Of a stretch of 64,000 nucleotides of DNA, positions 60,475-64,000 are shown one piece after another (the stretch's first letter is position 1; the number at the start of each line of letters is the position of its first letter). The notes under the pieces are model-generated. The model saw only the letters and a list, made by a program, of their open reading frames with translations, searched no databases and had not been told where the DNA came from. Origin of the DNA: Candidatus Dormiibacterota bacterium (GTDB lineage Bacteria > Chloroflexota > Dormibacteria > Aeolococcales > Aeolococcaceae); assembly GCA_036495095.1 (NCBI GenBank), contig DASXNK010000159.1, forward strand, positions 10,515 to 74,514, read 5' to 3'. The position numbers and the translations under genes were made by a program.

Positions 60475-60663
60475 TCGCACTCCTCCTGTGAATGTCGCGA
60501 GGACGGGTCTGCGCCTGGACCCCCGGTCGCGAAGCTGCGTCCGTACCTCCGACGAGGCTTCAAACGGCAGCCGCCCGGCCTGGGTTACGGCCCGGGGGCG
60601 CCGGCCCTCGAGCTCCACCCTCCTTCCGAGGGGGTGACTCACAACAGGGGTGGGGCACTGTCT

Positions 60664-60684
60664 CCTGAGACCCGTATACTCACA
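60664..60684 (+). promoter_or_regulatory. HAIR-like inverted repeat (candidate HspR operator) overlapping a TATACT box
   Basis: CCTGAGA-cccgtat-ACTCACA versus the HspR consensus CTTGAGT-N7-ACTCAAG (10/14, correct spacing). TATACT at 60675-60680. 73 nt upstream of GTG 60757. Confidence 0.35.
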
Positions 60685-60756
60685 CCAACCGGTCGCCGGG
60701 CCGGATCGGATGATCGCGGTCGGCACATGCTCGGTGGACCGGCCGGAGGAGGACTC

Positions 60757-61083
60757 GTGAGCGTCGCTCCGGCGCCGGTCGGGCTGGACAAGCCCATCTA
60801 CACGATCAGCGTGGCCTCGGAGATCCTGGAGACCCATCCCCGGACGCTGATGATGTACGAGCACCTGAACCTGATCGTGCCGTACCGGACGAGCACCAAC
60901 CGCCGTCGGTACTCGCAGCGCGACATCCTCGCCCTCCAGGCCATCCAGCGACTCACCCGGCAGCATGGGCTCAACCTCAACGGGGCGCGGTACGTCATCC
61001 AGTGCCTGCGCCTGCTCGACGAGCACGACATCAAGCGGCCACCTCACCTCGACGAGCTCGACGTGAGCGAGGTGCGCCTCTAG
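60757..61083 (+). CDS. MerR-family regulator, HspR-like
   Basis: GGAGGAGGA before in-frame GTG 60757. KPIYTISVASEILETHPRTLMMYEHLNLIVPYRTSTNRRRYSQRDILALQAIQRLTRQHGLNLNGARYV has the same pattern as the heat-shock repressor HspR. Confidence 0.85.
   Translation: MSVAPAPVGLDKPIYTISVASEILETHPRTLMMYEHLNLIVPYRTSTNRRRYSQRDILALQAIQRLTRQHGLNLNGARYVIQCLRLLDEHDIKRPPHLDELDVSEVRL
60784..60864 (+). repeat. 81-nt segment about 94 % identical to 61691..61771
   Basis: ctggacaagcccatctacacgatcagcgtggcctcggagatcctggagacccatccccggacgctgatgatgtacgagcac. Five mismatches to the second copy by hand alignment. Similarity drops sharply afterwards. Confidence 0.8.
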
Positions 61084-61250
61084 GCCTGCGGGGGCGGGCC
61101 CTCGCCAATCGGGCGGAGGATACCGCCTACCACTCCTGTTGGGTTACCCTAGCGGATAACTATACAGTTGTGGTCCCGGGGGACGTGGAGGCTATACTGC
61201 CGCTGCCGTGCGACGGGACTGGGTCCCGCCCGCCATCCGGGGAGGTTCGT

Positions 61251-61631
61251 GTGGACAACGAGGTCATCGACGTCCTGCTCATCGAGGACGATCCGGCGGT
61301 GCTGGAGATGTACCGGATGAAGCTCTCCCTGGACGGCTACCGGGTCAACGTGGCCATCGACGGCGAGGACGGGCTGACCCGCGCCAAGGAGCTCCTCCCC
61401 GACATCATCTTCCTCGACATCCGGCTCCCCAAGAAGGACGGGTTCGAGGTGCTGCAGGCGCTCCGGCAGGATCCGGAGACCGCGGCGATCCCGGTGATCA
61501 TGCTCAGCAACTACGGCGAGAAGGAGCTGGTCGACCGCGGCCTCAAGCTCGGCGCCCACGAGTTCCTGATCAAGGCCCACACCACCCCGAGCTCCCTCTC
61601 CGAGGGGATCGGCGAGTGGCTGAGGGAGTGA
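61251..61631 (+). CDS. single-domain response regulator (CheY-like receiver)
   Basis: GGGGAGG before in-frame GTG 61251. VLLIEDDPAVLEMY, IIFLDIRLPKKDGFEVL, IPVIMLSN, HEFLIKA. No output domain (126 aa). Confidence 0.9.
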   Translation: MDNEVIDVLLIEDDPAVLEMYRMKLSLDGYRVNVAIDGEDGLTRAKELLPDIIFLDIRLPKKDGFEVLQALRQDPETAAIPVIMLSNYGEKELVDRGLKLGAHEFLIKAHTTPSSLSEGIGEWLRE

Positions 61632-61636
61632 GCTCG

Positions 61637-61990
61637 ATGAGTGCCAGAGATGGGTTGCCGGAGCGGGGCCCACGCGAGCTGAACCTCTCGCTGGACAAGC
61701 CGATCTACACGATCAGCGTGGCCTCGGAGATCCTCGAGACCCATCCTCGGACACTGATGATGTACGAGAACATGGGGCTGGTGGTGCCGCAACGGACCTC
61801 CACCAACCGGCGCAGGTTCTCCCAGCGTGACATCCAGAAGTTGCAGACCATCCAGAACCTCACCCGCAACCACGGGGTCAACCTCAACGGCGTCCGCTAC
61901 GTGCTCCAGCTGCTCAAGCTGCTCCATGAGCACGGCGTCCAGCCGCCCGAGGGCCTGCGCGACATCGACGTGTCGCAGCTGAACGTCTAG
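61637..61990 (+). CDS. MerR-family regulator, HspR-like, paralogue
   Basis: GAGGGAG before in-frame ATG 61637. KPIYTISVASEILETHPRTLMMYENMGLVVPQRTSTNRRRFSQRDIQKLQTIQNLTRNHGVNLNGVRYV. Confidence 0.85.
   Translation: MSARDGLPERGPRELNLSLDKPIYTISVASEILETHPRTLMMYENMGLVVPQRTSTNRRRFSQRDIQKLQTIQNLTRNHGVNLNGVRYVLQLLKLLHEHGVQPPEGLRDIDVSQLNV
61691..61771 (+). repeat. second copy of the 81-nt near-identical segment
   Basis: ctggacaagccgatctacacgatcagcgtggcctcggagatcctcgagacccatcctcggacactgatgatgtacgagaac. Confidence 0.8.
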
Positions 61991-61999
61991 GGGAACGGG

Positions 62000-62419
62000 G
62001 TGGCGGCACGCGTCCAGGACGACGAGGATCTCGGCGCGCTCGTCCACCGCATCACCGAGGACACCACCCGTCTGGTCCGGCTCGAGATCGAGCTGGCCAA
62101 GGAGCAGGCGAAGGAGAGCGCCCTCCGCTCCCTGAAGGCCGGCGCCTTCCTCGGCGCCGCGCTCACCCTCGCACTCCTTGGCATGATCTACGCGCTGGGG
62201 GCGGTGCCGGAGGTCATCGGCTCCCTGCTCAACCACGAATGGCTCGGCTGGCTGATCTTCGGCCTCCTCCTCATCCTCGCCGGCGTCCTCTGCGGATACG
62301 TCGGGTACCGGCGGGTGAAGGCCACGGTGCGGAGCACCAAGGAGGCGGTCAGCGCGATCAAGGAGGATCTCGAGTGGGTGAAGGAACTGCCAAAGCGAGG
62401 CGTCGAGAGGTCGAGCTGA
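62000..62419 (+). CDS. membrane protein of the phage-holin-like family (holin-X / DUF1469 type)
   Basis: LVHRITEDTTRLVRLEIELAKEQAKE followed by two TM helices and a charged tail. This is the common actinobacterial stress-cluster protein carrying that annotation. Confidence 0.7.
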   Translation: MAARVQDDEDLGALVHRITEDTTRLVRLEIELAKEQAKESALRSLKAGAFLGAALTLALLGMIYALGAVPEVIGSLLNHEWLGWLIFGLLLILAGVLCGYVGYRRVKATVRSTKEAVSAIKEDLEWVKELPKRGVERSS

Positions 62420-62832
62420 CCCGGCAGGCGCTTGCCGAGGACGTCGAACGCTTCGCCCGCCGGGTCCGCGCCGAGCTCGACTGGAAGTCCCGGCTGCGCC
62501 GCGACGGCCCTCAGATCGTCGCCATCGCCGGCGCCGTCGCCGTGGTGCTCGTGGCCGGCCTGGTGCTGCGTCACCGCCTGCGATCCGGCGGCCAGGACGG
62601 CGACGACCTCCTCGAGGGCGCCACCGTCGACGACGTCGCCCGCGAGCTGCGGGCGCTGCGGGAGGACCTGGAGAAGCGCTTCGGCACCGCCTCGGGCGGC
62701 GGCATCCTCCAGAAGGTGGCGGTGGCCGCCGCCGGCTCGGCGGCGACCGCGGGAGGCAGGGTGGCCGCCGGCCGCCTGCTCGACAGGGTCGAGGCCGAGC
62801 GCCATGACAGCCTGGTCGGGAGCGCGTCCTGA
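62374..62832 (+). CDS. hypothetical membrane protein (DUF3618-like)
   Basis: AAGGAGG 6 nt before in-frame GTG 62374. ELTRQALAEDVERFARRVRAELDWKSRL, then one TM helix. Overlaps the preceding gene by 46 nt. Confidence 0.6.
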   Translation: MGEGTAKARRREVELTRQALAEDVERFARRVRAELDWKSRLRRDGPQIVAIAGAVAVVLVAGLVLRHRLRSGGQDGDDLLEGATVDDVARELRALREDLEKRFGTASGGGILQKVAVAAAGSAATAGGRVAAGRLLDRVEAERHDSLVGSAS

Positions 62833-62918
62833 GCCGGTCGGGTCGCGGGACCGGGGGACGGGGCGGGGAGCGGCGGGTGCGACCGGCGCCGCCGCCGCCG
62901 CGCCGGCGCCGCTCGGGC

Positions 62919-64000
62919 ATGCGCACCGCCCCTCCGCCCGCCGTCGGGGGGCGCGGACCGGGCTGGTGGCGCCGCGTCCCCCCGCGCTGGCGGTTGGGGG
63001 TCCGGATCGCGCTCGCGCTGGTGGCGCTCCAGTGCCTCCTCCTCGGCGGCCTGGTGGCCTACGCCGCGCTGACCACCCCCAACGTCAGCTCGATCGGCCG
63101 GGCCACCGGGACCATCCGCATCTACGACCGCAACCACACGCTGATCAGCGAGGTGGGCCACGACGACATCAGCCGCACCTCGGTGACCCTCGACAGGGTC
63201 GCCCCGATCCTGCAGAAGGCGACGATCGCCGCCGAGGACCGGCAGTTCTACCAGGAGGGCGCCTTCAACTTCGGCCGCATCGCCAAGGCGCTCTTCGTCG
63301 ACGTCATCGCCCGGCACCCGACCCAGGGGGCGAGCACGATCACCCAGCAGCTCGCCAAGCTCGCCTTCTTCGGGTCGAACGCCGACAAGTCCCCGCTGCG
63401 CAAGCTCCGCGAGGCGCTGCTCGCCAACGAGATCGACCGCCGCTACAGCAAGGCGCAGATCCTCGAGAAGTACCTCAACATCATCTACTACGGTCACGGC
63501 GCCTACGGCATCCAGAACGCCGCCCGCACCTTCTTCAACAAGGACGCCTCCGCCCTCGACCTGGGTGAGGCGAGCCTGCTCGCGGGCCTGCCCCAGGCGC
63601 CCTCCTACTACGATCCCTTCCAGAACCCCACCGCCGCCTTCGCGCGCCAGCACTACGTGGTCTCCGCGCTGCTCGCCACCGGCGACATCACCGCGGCGCA
63701 GGCGGAGTCGGTCGATCCTCTTGCCGCCGATCCGGCGGTCGCCGCCCGCAACCAGCAGGCGCTCCGCGCCGACCTGAGCAAGAACCCGCAGAGCCCGGCG
63801 TTCGGCGGGGCGGCGCCGCACTTCGCCCAGTACGTGCGTGACAGCCTCCAGCAGCAGTTCGCCGACGACCCCGGGGTCACCGAGGGCGACCTCGAGGTCG
63901 ACACCACCCTCGACCTGAACATCCAGAAGCAGGCCGACTCGGCGGTCGCGTCGGTGGCGAAACGCATCGCCCACAACGCCAACAACGCGGCGCTGCTGAT
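62919..64000 (+). CDS. class A penicillin-binding protein, N-terminal transglycosylase (GT51) part; continues beyond the window
   Basis: Hand translation from ATG 62919 (alternative GTG 62877): TM anchor IALALVALQCLLLGGLVAY, then ATIAAEDRQFYQEG, GASTITQQLAK, RKLREALLANEIDRRYSKAQILEKYLNIIYYGHGAYG. Absent from the track because no stop lies in the window. Confidence 0.9.
   Translation, partial: MRTAPPPAVGGRGPGWWRRVPPRWRLGVRIALALVALQCLLLGGLVAYAALTTPNVSSIGRATGTIRIYDRNHTLISEVGHDDISRTSVTLDRVAPILQKATIAAEDRQFYQEGAFNFGRIAKALFVDVIARHPTQGASTITQQLAKLAFFGSNADKSPLRKLREALLANEIDRRYSKAQILEKYLNIIYYGHGAYGIQNAARTFFNKDASALDLGEASLLAGLPQAPSYYDPFQNPTAAFARQHYVVSALLATGDITAAQAESVDPLAADPAVAARNQQALRADLSKNPQSPAFGGAAPHFAQYVRDSLQQQFADDPGVTEGDLEVDTTLDLNIQKQADSAVASVAKRIAHNANNAALL

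Noticed and set aside
60541-60600. CTTCAAA string (a UCA anticodon-loop look-alike) examined as a possible tRNA-Sec gene near the right end
   Set aside because: The flanking bases cannot form an anticodon stem (CGAGG vs CGGCA). No acceptor or T-arm could be drawn, and there is no GTTCGAATC-type T-loop.
62000-62419. Prophage or lysis cassette, suggested by the phage-holin-family membrane protein
   Set aside because: No endolysin, terminase, capsid, integrase or att-like features nearby. This protein type is common in actinobacterial stress clusters next to DUF3618-like genes.

Overview
Very GC-rich (by eye well above 70 %), densely coding chromosomal segment from an actinobacterium-like organism. 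I support about 70 CDS. Many are translationally coupled through 4-nt GTGA/ATGA overlaps. I recognised no rRNA, tRNA, CRISPR array, transposase or integrase. Most very long ORFs in the track are Arg/Pro/Gly-rich shadow frames of the real genes.

Layout:
- 0-18 kb: two ECF sigma modules, one with a Rieske-domain candidate anti-sigma factor. Also ClpP, three membrane-anchored cupredoxin-fold paralogues, YihY, a DedA-RDD-ArsR fusion, CsbD, a crotonase, cyanase, and a large secreted repeat protein with a C39-like peptidase domain.
- 18-36.4 kb: a mycofactocin-centred redox island.
  - It holds mftC, mftB and an mftA precursor that is absent from the ORF track, but no mftD/E/F.
  - It also holds an NDMA-type alcohol dehydrogenase coupled to a MoxR-VWA ATPase, two FadH/OYE oxidoreductases, an acyl-CoA ligase and etfA-fixC-fixX-etfB.
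  - One operon joins a mycofactocin-type SDR, a thioredoxin-fold protein and a UGSC-motif selenoprotein. The selenoprotein's in-frame TGA is followed by a SECIS-like hairpin.
  - A ParB-like orphan gene with a lower-GC spacer splits the island.
- 36.5-47.4 kb: housekeeping genes (DDAH-like, LysM-SLT, udp-like, dapD, dapE, queG, rpiB, pepA).
- 47.8-56.4 kb: a nine-gene Tad/Flp pilus operon with a hidden flp gene. Unusually, it opens with a VirB3/PrgI-like domain fused to a CpaE-like ATPase and closes with a VirB4-like ATPase.
- 56.7-64 kb: otsA/otsB, two HspR-like MerR paralogues flanking a CheY-like receiver, stress-type membrane proteins, and the 5' part of a class A PBP.

All family names come from reading the translations and from memory of the families. 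No database search was run.
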